From NCBI RefSeq assembly GCF_054482525.1, contig NZ_CM137006.1: a stretch of 64,000 nucleotides of DNA. The stretch is one strand, 5' to 3'. This document shows, piece after piece, positions 31,856 to 42,707 of this stretch; the first letter of the stretch is position 1, and every line of letters starts with the position of its first letter. The notes under the pieces are model-generated. The model searched no databases. It saw nothing but the letters and a program-made list of their open reading frames with translations, and was not told the origin of the DNA. The translations under genes and the position numbers were made by a program.

Positions 31856-32945
31856 CCATGGCTGCTTTTCGCATCTTACGTCTTAACCCTGCCTTGAATA
31901 CATTATCATTCGTTAAAATATTAATAGCGATGTGCCGTATCCCTGAAAATAATTCTGCGGCGTTTCCTCTTCTTATTTTGCAGTCGTCTTCATTCATTAC
32001 CACGTCCAGACGCCAGTGCAGCTTATTCTCCACGTGCCAGTGATTTCGGATCGCTGTGGCGAACTTTTCTGCGGTTAAATCAGCAGAACTGATATAATAT
32101 CTGACCGTCATTTCTGGCTCTTTCTTTTGTTCTGCTATTATTGACCGAAAGGAGACTGCCACGCATAATTTCTTCAGTCCTTTCCATTCAAACGTGAAAT
32201 CAATAAGTTCATCAGGGACATCGCAAACAATATGAAGACGGATTTCTTCTCTGCCGTGACTCTTTTCACTTATTTCGTAACTGTCATGCTCTGGATTATT
32301 TAATTCTTTCAGCGGAAATTTTCCATCAAAGGCTTTATTTAGTCGTCCCTGATTTCCTTTTACAGCGAATAAATAATCACCGCCCTGTTTTTGCATCTTC
32401 TCTGCAATATCTTTCTGGCAACCCATCGCATCAGTTGTGATGATTTTTCCTTTAATATCCAGCATCTTAAGAAGTTCAGGGATAGCTGTGATCTCATTGG
32501 ATTTCTCATCCGTCCTGATCTGTCCGATAACCAGACTGTGCATTGTTGAGAACGCACTAATGACATGAATCGCTCCCTTGCGGCGACTCTTGTCATAAGA
32601 ATGCCGGAGTGTTTTTCCATCAATTGCGATGACGTCTTTATCATCTGAAGTATGGCAATCTCGCATCCAGTTAATAAAGCACTCGTGAAATTTTGCAGGA
32701 CTGATACAGGATACAACTCTGGCGATGGTATCGTGAACAGGAATACCATTTTCAAAATCACCGTATTGTTTTAAAAAATCGAGATGTGTTTCCCCAAAAT
32801 CCTCTATATCTTCCCAACCTTCCGCACCCGAAATAACGGCACAAATAGTCAACAGTAGAATATCCGATAATTTATTTTCCACTTTCCAGCCTTGTCTGTA
32901 ATCGGGGATAATAGAAATATGTTCCATCAATTTTTTAAGCTCCAT
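31809..32945 (-). CDS. H-repeat-associated protein (ISAs1-family transposase, YhhI/YdcC-like)
   Basis: 378 aa translation resembles E. coli H-repeat proteins that accompany Rhs elements ([32 protein letters not shown]...). Confidence 0.8.
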   Translation of the reverse strand: MELKKLMEHISIIPDYRQGWKVENKLSDILLLTICAVISGAEGWEDIEDFGETHLDFLKQYGDFENGIPVHDTIARVVSCISPAKFHECFINWMRDCHTSDDKDVIAIDGKTLRHSYDKSRRKGAIHVISAFSTMHSLVIGQIRTDEKSNEITAIPELLKMLDIKGKIITTDAMGCQKDIAEKMQKQGGDYLFAVKGNQGRLNKAFDGKFPLKELNNPEHDSYEISEKSHGREEIRLHIVCDVPDELIDFTFEWKGLKKLCVAVSFRSIIAEQKKEPEMTVRYYISSADLTAEKFATAIRNHWHVENKLHWRLDVVMNEDDCKIRRGNAAELFSGIRHIAINILTNDNVFKAGLRRKMRKAAMDRNYLASVLAGSGLS

Positions 32946-33225
32946 TTTGTTCTCCTTAATTATGTAAGGAGTATTTGATCATGTATAAGCAATAAAAAAC
33001 AGCTTTAGGTAATGAGGAATATCTCAATTTTTAAACATAAAATGCGAATTACTTAGTACAAAAAAGCAGCGTTACGTGATCTTTCCCTGGTCCCTGTCCC
33101 GGATTGTAGTACCGGTGCCAGTTGTAGTGCAGTTCGGATTCGTCGTCATACTGCTAGCCCGGATGGCGGAGCAGTTGCTCTAGTCACTCAGAATATTGTA
33201 ATAGTGATAGAGTGCAGTGCCGGTT

Positions 33226-33624
33226 TCAATATCCTAACGCTGGTCTTTTGCCTGTATTAACTGATTTAGCTGGTTTGCTACATATTAATGCCTTCAGATT
33301 TTCCCTTTCCTTGTCTGTGATACTGTCGCAAACCCTACTAGCCCATTCTACTTCACTCTTCTCCAGGCATTCTATTTTCTTATTGCTCATTGTTCTAATG
33401 TTTGGTGTTGCATCTCCATTTAATAACATCCATGTTTCATTTTTCTTCATAAAACATCTTCCATTATGTTCAAAGATATTAGGTGTGAATATATTATCAG
33501 AATCCCATGTTACGACTTGCTCGAGGGCTATATTATCTTGATAGTCCATGCCAGCATTATAATAATCACAAGATATAATTATCATGGAAATAATTATCAC
33601 TAATATATTCCCAAGCATTTCCAT
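33226..33624 (-). CDS. hypothetical small protein with N-terminal hydrophobic signal/lipobox-like segment; candidate Rhs immunity protein
   Basis: 132 aa AT-rich ORF immediately downstream of the Rhs gene; N-terminus ILVIIISMIIISC. Confidence 0.35.
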   Translation of the reverse strand: MEMLGNILVIIISMIIISCDYYNAGMDYQDNIALEQVVTWDSDNIFTPNIFEHNGRCFMKKNETWMLLNGDATPNIRTMSNKKIECLEKSEVEWASRVCDSITDKERENLKALICSKPAKSVNTGKRPALGY

Positions 33625-33873
33625 TTACTTTACCTCTTGAAATTCAAATGGGAATCCAGTGAAAGGACCTTTAGGCATAATATATCTTTGATATCCATAA
33701 AGCTCACCGAGCACTTGTAGGCTTATAGGCGCATTTGTATTCATAGAGGGGTTGTTAAACCCGCACGCCTCAAAAATCATGTTCGTTCGGCTAAAACAAT
33801 TATTTAAAACAGGAAGAGGCCCGAGGTTAATAGTTTTTAGTTTTTTATTAAGGTCTATTGCCTTATTCATCAT
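33625..33873 (-). CDS. hypothetical small protein downstream of Rhs (candidate immunity or orphan toxin-tip fragment)
   Basis: 82 aa AT-rich ORF in the same frame as the Rhs gene, beginning 11 codons after its stop. Confidence 0.3.
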   Translation of the reverse strand: MMNKAIDLNKKLKTINLGPLPVLNNCFSRTNMIFEACGFNNPSMNTNAPISLQVLGELYGYQRYIMPKGPFTGFPFEFQEVK

Positions 33874-33906
33874 ACATTGTTCTTCTTCATCTGTTGTATC
33901 TATTAT

Positions 33907-36900
33907 TCAAATCCAGGTATCTCTGCGGGGTTGCATCTTTTTAAAATAATCAGAGACAGAGGCTCCCATCTCATCCCCAGTTCCCGAACTCATTAATCCA
34001 TATCGATTTGCCGCCGCAGCATGCCCAAAAGGATTATCAGGAACGGGGCCGTTACCTATTATCATAGTACTAAGCCCTAATGGATCAACGTGTTGCACTG
34101 GATTCAGCGGATATTGGTACAGATTCCATCCCCCCTTCAGCCCAATCGGGTCCTGGATGATATACCGCCCCTGCAACGGATCGTAGTACCGGTGACGGTT
34201 ATAATACAGCCCCGACTCCTCATCGTGTTGCTGCCCTGGCAGACGGTACGGCTGGTGCAGGTGATGCGGGTTTTCCTCATTCAGCAGGTTGCCCCATTCA
34301 TCATACTCCCCGCTCCACGCCGTATTTCCGTCTTCGCTGATGAGCGCCAGCGGCAGGCCCCGGTGGTCGCAGTGGTAAAGATGAACTTTTCGCGCCGGTG
34401 TGTATTCCGGCTCCACCTGTTTTTCCAGTTGCTCCACCGTCAGCCCGCACTGCGCAAGCCACGCCCGGCTTTCACTGCTCACGCGGTCTGCCCGGATTTC
34501 CCCCTCCAGCCTGTCCAGCAGCCGCACCAGTTCAGCCGGGAACACCACGCCGTGTCCGTCCTCGCTCCCTTCCTGCTGGAGCTTCTCCGCCAGGCTCCGC
34601 CGCTGCGTTTTCTCCCGCTCGCCGTTGTCTGTTTCGATGCGGATGAGCGGTGTGAAGCTTCCCGGCTCGTATACCGTCTGGATACGTGTGCTGTCGGTCT
34701 GCACCGTCGTCAGGTGGTCGCCGTCCCAGCCGTACCACGTCACCTCCGGTTTACGCGACAGCGACATCCACCCCGTCAGGTCACGCTCCCGCCGCCATAC
34801 CCGTTTCGCCATTCGCCGTCCCAGCGGGTCGTAGAGGTAGCGGCTCTCGACCAGTGGCTCTCCATGCTGTATCCGCGTGTAGAACACCAGGCGGTGCTGG
34901 CTGTCGTAGTGGTGGGTCCGCTCGTCGTCCGTCCGTATCACACCCGCCGGGATGCGGTCCGTCTTCTCCGTCAGCCTGCCGTATTCATCGTGGCGGTAGA
35001 CATAGTGCGCATCCTCCGCGATGCGGTTATCCGGCCACACTGTGAGTGTACTGTCCGGGTGCAGCTCCGGGTCCGGCAGCCGGTTGCCCGCCGGGTCCGT
35101 GGCATACGGGATGCGGATGTCCAGGTCCGGTGCGAGGGTGCGCACGCTCTCCAGCCTGCCCGTGGCGCTGTAGCCGTATTCCCGCGTCTGTCGCGGGCCG
35201 CTGATGCGCACCAGGTCGCCGTTGTCATTCCACCCGTAGTCACGGTCATACACCAGGCTGTTCAGGTGCTGACTCTGTAACTGACCTGCGGGGGTGTATG
35301 TGCTGGTCAGTTCATATGCGGAATTACTGCCTGCCATGCTGCCGAAGCTGCGCACCGTCTCACGGTGCAGCCTGTCCCGCGTATACTCGACCAGCGGCGT
35401 CCCGCCCAGCTTCATTCCCGCCAGGTAACCGCTGCCATACGTCAGCCACTCCACCGGCGGCAGGCTGTCCGGCGTGACGCGGTTTGCCAGCCCCTGTTCG
35501 TTGTATGCCTGTTTCGTCTCATGCTGCCACAGCAGTTCCCCCGTCTCCGGGTTCTTCACCGTCTGGCGCTCACTGGTCAGACGGCCTTTATCGTCATAGC
35601 CGTAGTGGACCGCCACACGGTGGCCTTCACTGGTATGGCTGAGGGTGGTTAACCACCCGTGCTCATCCTACTGCCACTGCTCTGCCGGGTCGCCGTTCAC
35701 CGTCCGGTGCGTGATGCGGTCTGCTTCATCGTAGTACCACTGCGTGACCTGCCCCTCATCCTCGCTGCGGATGAGCTGCCCTGTGGCGCTGTACCGGTAA
35801 CGCTGTGTCCTGCCATCAAAGCCGCGCTGCTCCGTCAGGCGGTCCAGCACATCGTAGGTAAATTCACTCCGGCTGCCGTTCTCGTTGGTCAGCACGGTGA
35901 TGCGCCCGGCAGCGTCATACCCCATGCTGCGCGTCAGCCCGCCTTCCGTCACACTCACCGGACGCCCGCGTTTATCATATGCGATGGTGCTGCGTTTACC
36001 GTCCGGTGATATCGTTGCTGTCAGGTCGCCTGCGGCACTGTACTCATAACGGGTTTCACGCCCCTGCGCATCCTTCTGCCCTGTCAGCCTGCCGCGGCTG
36101 TCATAGAGACTATAAATACTGAGACCTTCCTCCCGGTGAACGGCGATTTGTTGACCGTACCGGTCATACTCATACCGCGTCATGTACCCCGAGCAGTCCG
36201 TGAAGGTCCGAAGCTGACCGTACCGGTTTCGCGTTATTCTCCGCGTTACCCCGATTCCGTCTTCCACCGCGCCGGGCAGGCTACTGCGGGGGGGAGTCAT
36301 AAAACCAGCGCGTAATGTTACCGTTGCGCGAGGTCTCTTCTGCCAGTCGGCCCTGACGGTCATATTTCCGGCTGCTGCGTAAACCATCCGGATATGTCAC
36401 TGAAGTCAGTTGCAACTGGCTGTTATAGCCATACCGCACCGTCCTGCCGTCCGGCAGTATCACTGAAGTCAGCTTTCCAGACGCCATATGCAGCCGGTAC
36501 ACCGTCCGCCGCCCCGCCGCATCCGTCTGCGCCTTCAGCCTCCCCGCCTCATCATACTCGCTGCGGGTGATGCTCCCGTCCGCATGCTCCTTCTTCACCA
36601 CCCGCTTCAGGCCACCTTCGCCTTCCGTGTACAGCACCTCCCGCCGGTTCAGGCTGTCCGTGATGGTCACACGGTCCTGCCCGTACTCAAAGCGGTAGTC
36701 AAGTCCCTCCGGGTTGACCTGCTCCGTCACCCGACCGGTATCATCATACCGGTAGCGGCTCTCCGGCCTCCCTGCATAATGGTGCGCCACCATCCGCCCG
36801 GCGTGCTCCGCATCATAAGTAAACCCGCGCACCTGCGTCCCGCTGCGGTCATACACCGCCCGCAGTTCTCCGCTGGCCGTGTACGTGTAGCGCGCCAGCG

Positions 36901-37855
36901 GCGCAGTCGGCTGTTCATCCGGGTATGCCGGGTCGTGTGTCAGCCACACCGCCTCCAGCCGGATACCGTTATCGGCACCGTATTCTGTACCGGCGGGCAG
37001 CGTGTCGGGGAAAGCTGAAGAAGAGGAAGCAGAACGGGGACCTGCAGGGGAAGATAAAGACGTGGCGCGCTGTTTACGGAAGGCTTCCGCCCGCTGCGCC
37101 TGCGTGGTCAGCGCCAGGTGAAAACGACGGCCCGCGCCGTCCGTCACCCTGGTGATTTCGCCAGCCAGTTCGCCTGCGGCCTCGCGGTGGAAAGCCAGTG
37201 AAAGCCCGAAACCGTCCACCACGCCCGTCAGCACCCGGTATGCAGGCGGCTCCGGCGGCAGCACTTCGTCCGCCTCCGGCACCCGCTCCGGCCAGCCGAG
37301 TATCCACCACGGCCCCTGAAGGCTGTTTGCCGCCAGGTACACATGCGGACTCAGGCGAACATCTTCCGGCAGCACCTGCCAGAGCGCGCTTAGCGGCTGC
37401 GAACTGTGCTGCTCCGCCACCCCGCCCCGCGCCAGCCAGAACGACTCACTGCGGCTGTAACTTATCTCGCCGGGAAACAGGGGTTCAAAGTGAATACTCC
37501 TGCCGCCACTGTCGTTGAGTATCAGGCCTTCATCGCGTATCTGTAAGCGGATATCGAAGGGGGCTTTCCAGCCGGGACCAAACACCCCCACCGGCGCGGG
37601 TGTCCTGGTTCGGTAGCTGCTGTAAGCGCGAGAAAGAATAAACGGCAGCGGGCCGGGCAGCGCAAGGTCCGTCTCGCCCGGCAGCACCTTCGCACCCAGT
37701 AGCGGGTTCACCGGGTTAGCATAGGTAATCCCTCCCGGACACACCGAGCAGGCCACTCCTGTCGGCGCACCTATCAGCCCCCCTGCTGAACCCTGCACAA
37801 TATCCAGTCCCTTGCGGGTCATGTCACCCTGCCGCGCCGCCGGTTTTCCGCTCAT
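33907..37855 (-). pseudogene. rhs: PAAR-Rhs family protein (T6SS effector type), disrupted by a +1 frameshift and an in-frame TAG
   Basis: Three consecutive ORFs (36281..37855, 35668..36387, 33907..35616) tile one Rhs protein: PAAR-like N-terminus, YD repeats, DPIGL core end. Frameshift at the G7 run 36288..36294; in-frame TAG at 35665..35667. Confidence 0.8.
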
Positions 37856-37931
37856 GGTTTATTCCTTTTCTTTTACCTTACATGTCCATACAAATAGTTA
37901 CCTATACTGTCTTTGAATATTGCCCTACCAT

Positions 37932-38381
37932 TTAAAGCCCACCTATTTCTTGCGACAGAAAAGGGATTTCTTTTTTAATCCAATCTATCATTTCATTTTT
38001 TTCAAAACATACGTTAATGCCATTCACACTTCCACATTCACCAAAACCATCAAAATAAATTTCACATTTATTATTTTTATTCGAAACAATGTCAACCCCC
38101 CATCTTATATCGTTATTCCCCTCCTTCCTGAAATACTTCATTTGCAATAAATCAATTATCTCACCAGCATAAAAATCGCTAACCCCATTCACCACCACTT
38201 TATGTTTGTATATTCTCTTGAGACCTTCCTTGCTAAGCGGGGTTAAGGTGGTAACATATGCTGGAAGATTAATTATTTCTATCGTTTTCACACTATCTAT
38301 TCCACACAATTCATTCACTCGCCCCATCCCCAATACCGAAGCAGAAAATAGAGACAATAAAACCATCAAATATTTCATCAT
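37932..38381 (-). CDS. putative secreted immunity protein for the upstream Rhs toxin
   Basis: 149 aa ORF 12 bp downstream of the Rhs C-terminal domain; signal peptide MMKYLMVLLSLFSASVLG; AT-rich. Confidence 0.45.
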   Translation of the reverse strand: MMKYLMVLLSLFSASVLGMGRVNELCGIDSVKTIEIINLPAYVTTLTPLSKEGLKRIYKHKVVVNGVSDFYAGEIIDLLQMKYFRKEGNNDIRWGVDIVSNKNNKCEIYFDGFGECGSVNGINVCFEKNEMIDWIKKEIPFLSQEIGGL

Positions 38382-38393
38382 AAAAAAATATCA

Positions 38394-41300
38394 CTATTCT
38401 GGCGTGCCATTTATTGTTGCCGTCTGCGTTGGTGTATTCACACGATAATACACTCCATTATATGCTGTTCTGGTACACTCACCTAAAGTTTTCGCCGCAT
38501 GCTGTTCAATTAAAGTGATAACTCTCGCCTCTTCTTTATTTTTATATTGTTCATCCGCACGTCTCACAAGCCCCATATAACCATCCTTATCAATAAGATA
38601 TAAGTGCGCATGAGCAAACTCATGCCCCAAACCTAATGCAGGTGATTGTGATTTCGATTTTAAATCAGTTGAACAAAATAAAGCCGCCTTACCATTCCAA
38701 TATATAGTCATTTTATCCGGGTCAAATCTAACGTCGGTTTCATCAATATACTCTATCTTTATGGTTTCTTCAGAGCTTGATAAAAAATCTATAGCTTCTT
38801 TCATTCGTGAATCTTGTTTTAAATACTCAACAGCCTGATTAAAATCACTTGGATCACCGTTAACATGGAATTTTAAACCCAAAGAATCTATAAACCGAAC
38901 AGGGTTTAATGGATATTTATACAGATTCCATTCACCTCTTAGCCCGATTGGATCCTGGGTGATATACCTTCCCTGTAGCGGGTCATAGTACCGGTTCCGG
39001 TTATAGTACAGTCCTGATTCCTCATCATGCTGCTGCCCCGGCAGACGGTATGGCTGGTGCAGGTGATGCGGGTTCTCCTCATTCAGCAGGTTGCCTCATT
39101 CATCATATTCCCCACGCCATTCCGTTGCTCCTTCGGTACTGATGAGCGCCAGCGGCAGCCCCCGGTGGTCACAGTGATAAAGATGAATTTTTCGCTCAGG
39201 TAAATAAACCGGCTCTATCTGTGCCGCCAGCCGCTCCACCGTCAGCCCGCACTGTGCCAGCCACTGGCGGCTTTCACTGCTCACGCGGTCTGCCCGGATT
39301 TCCCCCTCCAGCCTGTCCAGCATCCTCACAAGTTCTGCCGGGAACACCACACCGTGGCCGTCCTCGCTTCCTTCCTGCTGCAACTTCTCCGCCAGGCTCC
39401 GCCGCTGCGTTTTCTCCCGCTCGCCGTTGTCTGTTTCGATGCGGATGAGTGGTGTGAAGCTTCCCGGCTCGTATACCGTCTGGATCCGGCTCTGTTGTGT
39501 CTGTATCGTCGTCAGCCTGTCACCGTCCCAGCCGTACCACGTTACCTCCGGTTTACGCGACAGCGACATCCACCCCGTCAGGTCACGTACCCGCCGCCAC
39601 ACCCGTTTACCCGTCCGGCGGCCCAGCGGGTCGTAGAGGTAGCGGCTCTCCACCTGCGGCTCGCCATGCTGTATCCGCGTGTAGAACACCAGGCGGTGCT
39701 GGCTGTCGTAGTGGTGGGTCCGCTCGTCGTCCGTCCGTATCACACCCGCCGGGATGCGGTCCGTCTTCTCCGTCAGCCTGCCGTATTCATCGTGGCGGTA
39801 GACATAGTGCGCATCCTCCGCGATGCGGTTATCCGGCCACACTGTGAGTGTACTGTCCGGGTGCAGCTCCGGGTCCGGCAGCCGGTTGCCCGCCGGGTCC
39901 GTGGCATACGGGATGCGGATGTCCAGGTCCGGTGCGAGGGTGCGCACGCTCTCCAGCCTGCCCGTGGCGCTGTAGCCGTATTCCCGCGTCTGTCGCGGGC
40001 CGCTGATGCGCACCAGGTCGCCGTTGTCATTCCACCCGTAGTCACGGTCATACACCAGGCTGTTCAGGTGCTGACTCTGTAACTGACCTGCGGGGGTGTA
40101 TGTGCTGGTCAGTTCATATGCGGAATTACTGCCTGCCATGCTGCCGAAGCTGCGCACCGTCTCACGGTGCAGCCTGTCCCGCGTATACTCGACCAGCGGC
40201 GTCCCGCCCAGCTTCATTCCCGCCAGGTAACCGCTGCCATACGTCAGCCACTCCACCGGCGGCAGGCTGTCCGGCGTGACGCGGTTTGCCAGCCCCTGCT
40301 CGTTGTATGCGTGTTTCGTCTCATGCTGCCACAGCAGTTCCCCCGTCTCCGGGTTCTCCACCGTCTGGCGTTCGCCGGTCAGGCGGCCTTTATCGTCATA
40401 GCCATAGTGGACGGCAACACGGTGGCCTTCGCTCAGGTGGCTGATTTCTCTCAGCCAGCCGTGGCCATCATACTGCCACTGCTCTGCCGGTTCGCCGTTC
40501 ACCGTGCGGTGAGTGATACGGTCCGATTCATCGTAGTACCAGAGGATGACAAGCCCCTCATCTTCACTCTGCGTGAGTTTTCCGGTCAGGTCATAATGAT
40601 AACGTTGCGTCCGCCCGTCAAAGCCGCCCTGCTGTACCAGGCGGTCCAGCGCATCGTAGCTGAAGTCGCTGTGACTGCCGTTCTCGTTGGTCAGGCTGAT
40701 GACACGTCCTGCCGCGTCATACTCCATACTGCGCGTCAGCCCGCCCTGCGTGGTGCTGACCGCCTTTCCCCACGCATCGTACTGTGTCTCGCTCCGGTTG
40801 CCGTCCGGGGTGATAACGGCAGTCAGGTCGCCTGCGGCGTTGTATTCATACCGCGTTTCACGGCCCTGTGCGTCTTTCACCGAGGTTAACCGGCCACGGT
40901 TGTCATAGCGGCGGTAAAGGCTGATGCCTTCCTCGCGGTGGACCGCCGTCATCTGGCCGAAGCGGTCATACTCATAGCGGGTCTGGTAGCCCGAGCAGTC
41001 GGTGAACGCCAGCAACTGACCGTAGCGGCTCCAGGTCATCTGCCGGGTGCTGCCCGTCGCATCTGTTGTCGTGGCCGGTAATTCACTGTGCGGATTATCA
41101 TAAGCATACCGGATGACGTCCCCACTGCGCGATGTCTCCGATACCAGCCTGTCCCGCTCATCATACGCCCGGCGGCTCTCCAGCCCGTCCGGGTACACCA
41201 CCGCCGTCACCAGGTTCCCGTCGTTATAGTAAAATTTCGTCTCCCGCCCGTCCGGCGTGGTGATGTCCGTGATGTCGCCTGACACCACATTCAGACCGTA

Positions 41301-42641
41301 CTCTGTCCGCCGTCCCGCCGCGTCCGTCTGCGCCGTAAGCCGCCCCACCGGGTCATACCCGCTGCGCGTGACGCTGCCGTCCGCCAGTTCTTTTTTCACC
41401 ACCCGCTTCAGCCCGGCCCCGCCTTCTGTATGCAGCACCTCACGCCGGTTCAGGCTGTCCGTGACGGTGATGCGGTCCTGCTCATACTGGTAGCGGTAAC
41501 TCAGGCCTGCCGGGTTCAGCTGCTCCACCACCCGCCCCGCATCGTCGTAGCGGTAGCGCATCTCCGGCCTTCCCGCGTAACGGTGCGCCACCATCCGGCC
41601 CGGGTGCTGCGCGTCATACGTGAAAGCGCGCACCTGCGTATTGCTGCGGTCATATACCGCCAGCAGTTCACCGGCTTCCGTATACGTGTACCGCACCAGT
41701 GGCGCACCGGGCAGGCTCTCCGGGTATGCCGGGTCGTGCATCAGCCACACCGCCGAAAGACGGATGCCCCTGTCGGGGCCGTATTCGGTACCGGGCAGTG
41801 TGTCGGGGAACGCTGAGGCTGAGAGAGGGCGGGAACGGTCAGAAGAAGATAGCGAAGAGGTGCGGGCCTCTTCCGCACGCTGCGCCTGCGTGGTCAGCAC
41901 CAGACGGAACTCCCGCCCGGCACCGTCCGTCACGCCGGTGATTTCCCCGGCCAGGTCACCGGCGGCCTCACGCCGGTACGTCAGCGTCCGCCCGAAGCGG
42001 TCCGCCAGCCCGGTAAGCACCCGGTACGGCGGCAGCGGCGCTGGCAGTACGTCCTCAGCACCCGGCACCCGCTCTGACCACCCCAGTATCCACCACGGTC
42101 CCTGTGCGCTGTTGGTCGCCAGGTAAAGATGCGGGCTTAACCGGATATCCGGCGGCAGCGACGCCCACAGCCGTGCCAGCGTGTGGCCGTCCGGCTGCGC
42201 TGCCTTACCACCGCGAACCAGCCACATTGACTCGCTGCGGCTGTACACCGCCTCCCCCGGCAGCAGCGGCTCAAGGTGAATGCTCCGCCCGCCGTTGTCG
42301 TTGAGTATCAGTCCGTCATCACGTAGCTGTAAGCGGATATCAGAAGGCGCTTTCCAGCCGGGGCCAAAAATCCCCACCGGCGCAGGCGTCTTCGTCCGGT
42401 AGCTGCTGTAGGTGCGGGAGAGAATGAACGGCAGCGGGCCGGGCAGCGCAAGGTCCGTCTCGCCGGGCAGCACCTTCGCCCCCAGCAGCGGATTTACCGG
42501 GTTGCCCGAAGTCATCCCGCCCGGACACACCGAGCACGCCACGCCGGTGGGCGCGCCAATTCTTACACCTGCCGAACCCTGGACAATGGGACCGCCATAC
42601 TGAGTCATATCTCCCTGACGCGCCGCTGGTTTTCCGCTCAT
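38394..42641 (-). pseudogene. rhs: PAAR-Rhs family T6SS effector with HExxH (zinc-metallopeptidase-like) C-terminal domain; frame interrupted by in-frame TGA
   Basis: Main ORF 39096..42641 (1181 aa) ends at a TGA where the paralogue has TGG (Trp); the same frame continues through the DPIGL core end into a C-terminal domain containing [10 protein letters not shown]. Confidence 0.75.
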
Positions 42642-42707
42642 GATTCAATTCCTTCTTCTGTTTATTTTTAATGCTTGTTTGTTACTGAATACCGAACAGG
42701 TACGGGA

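Noticed and set aside
34090-35280. Long plus-strand ORFs (396 aa and others) antisense to the first Rhs gene
   Set aside because: Proline/arginine/alanine-rich low-complexity translations typical of the non-coding frame of GC-rich repeats; the minus-strand frame gives a coherent Rhs protein.
39354-40889. Plus-strand ORFs antisense to the second Rhs gene
   Set aside because: Same reasoning: antisense frames of a GC-rich gene, with translations nearly identical to those antisense to the first Rhs copy.
33907-42641. Possible CRISPR array suggested by repeated sequence blocks
   Set aside because: The repeats are kilobase-scale duplicated Rhs coding sequence, not short regularly spaced repeats with spacers; no CRISPR-like array was seen anywhere in the window.
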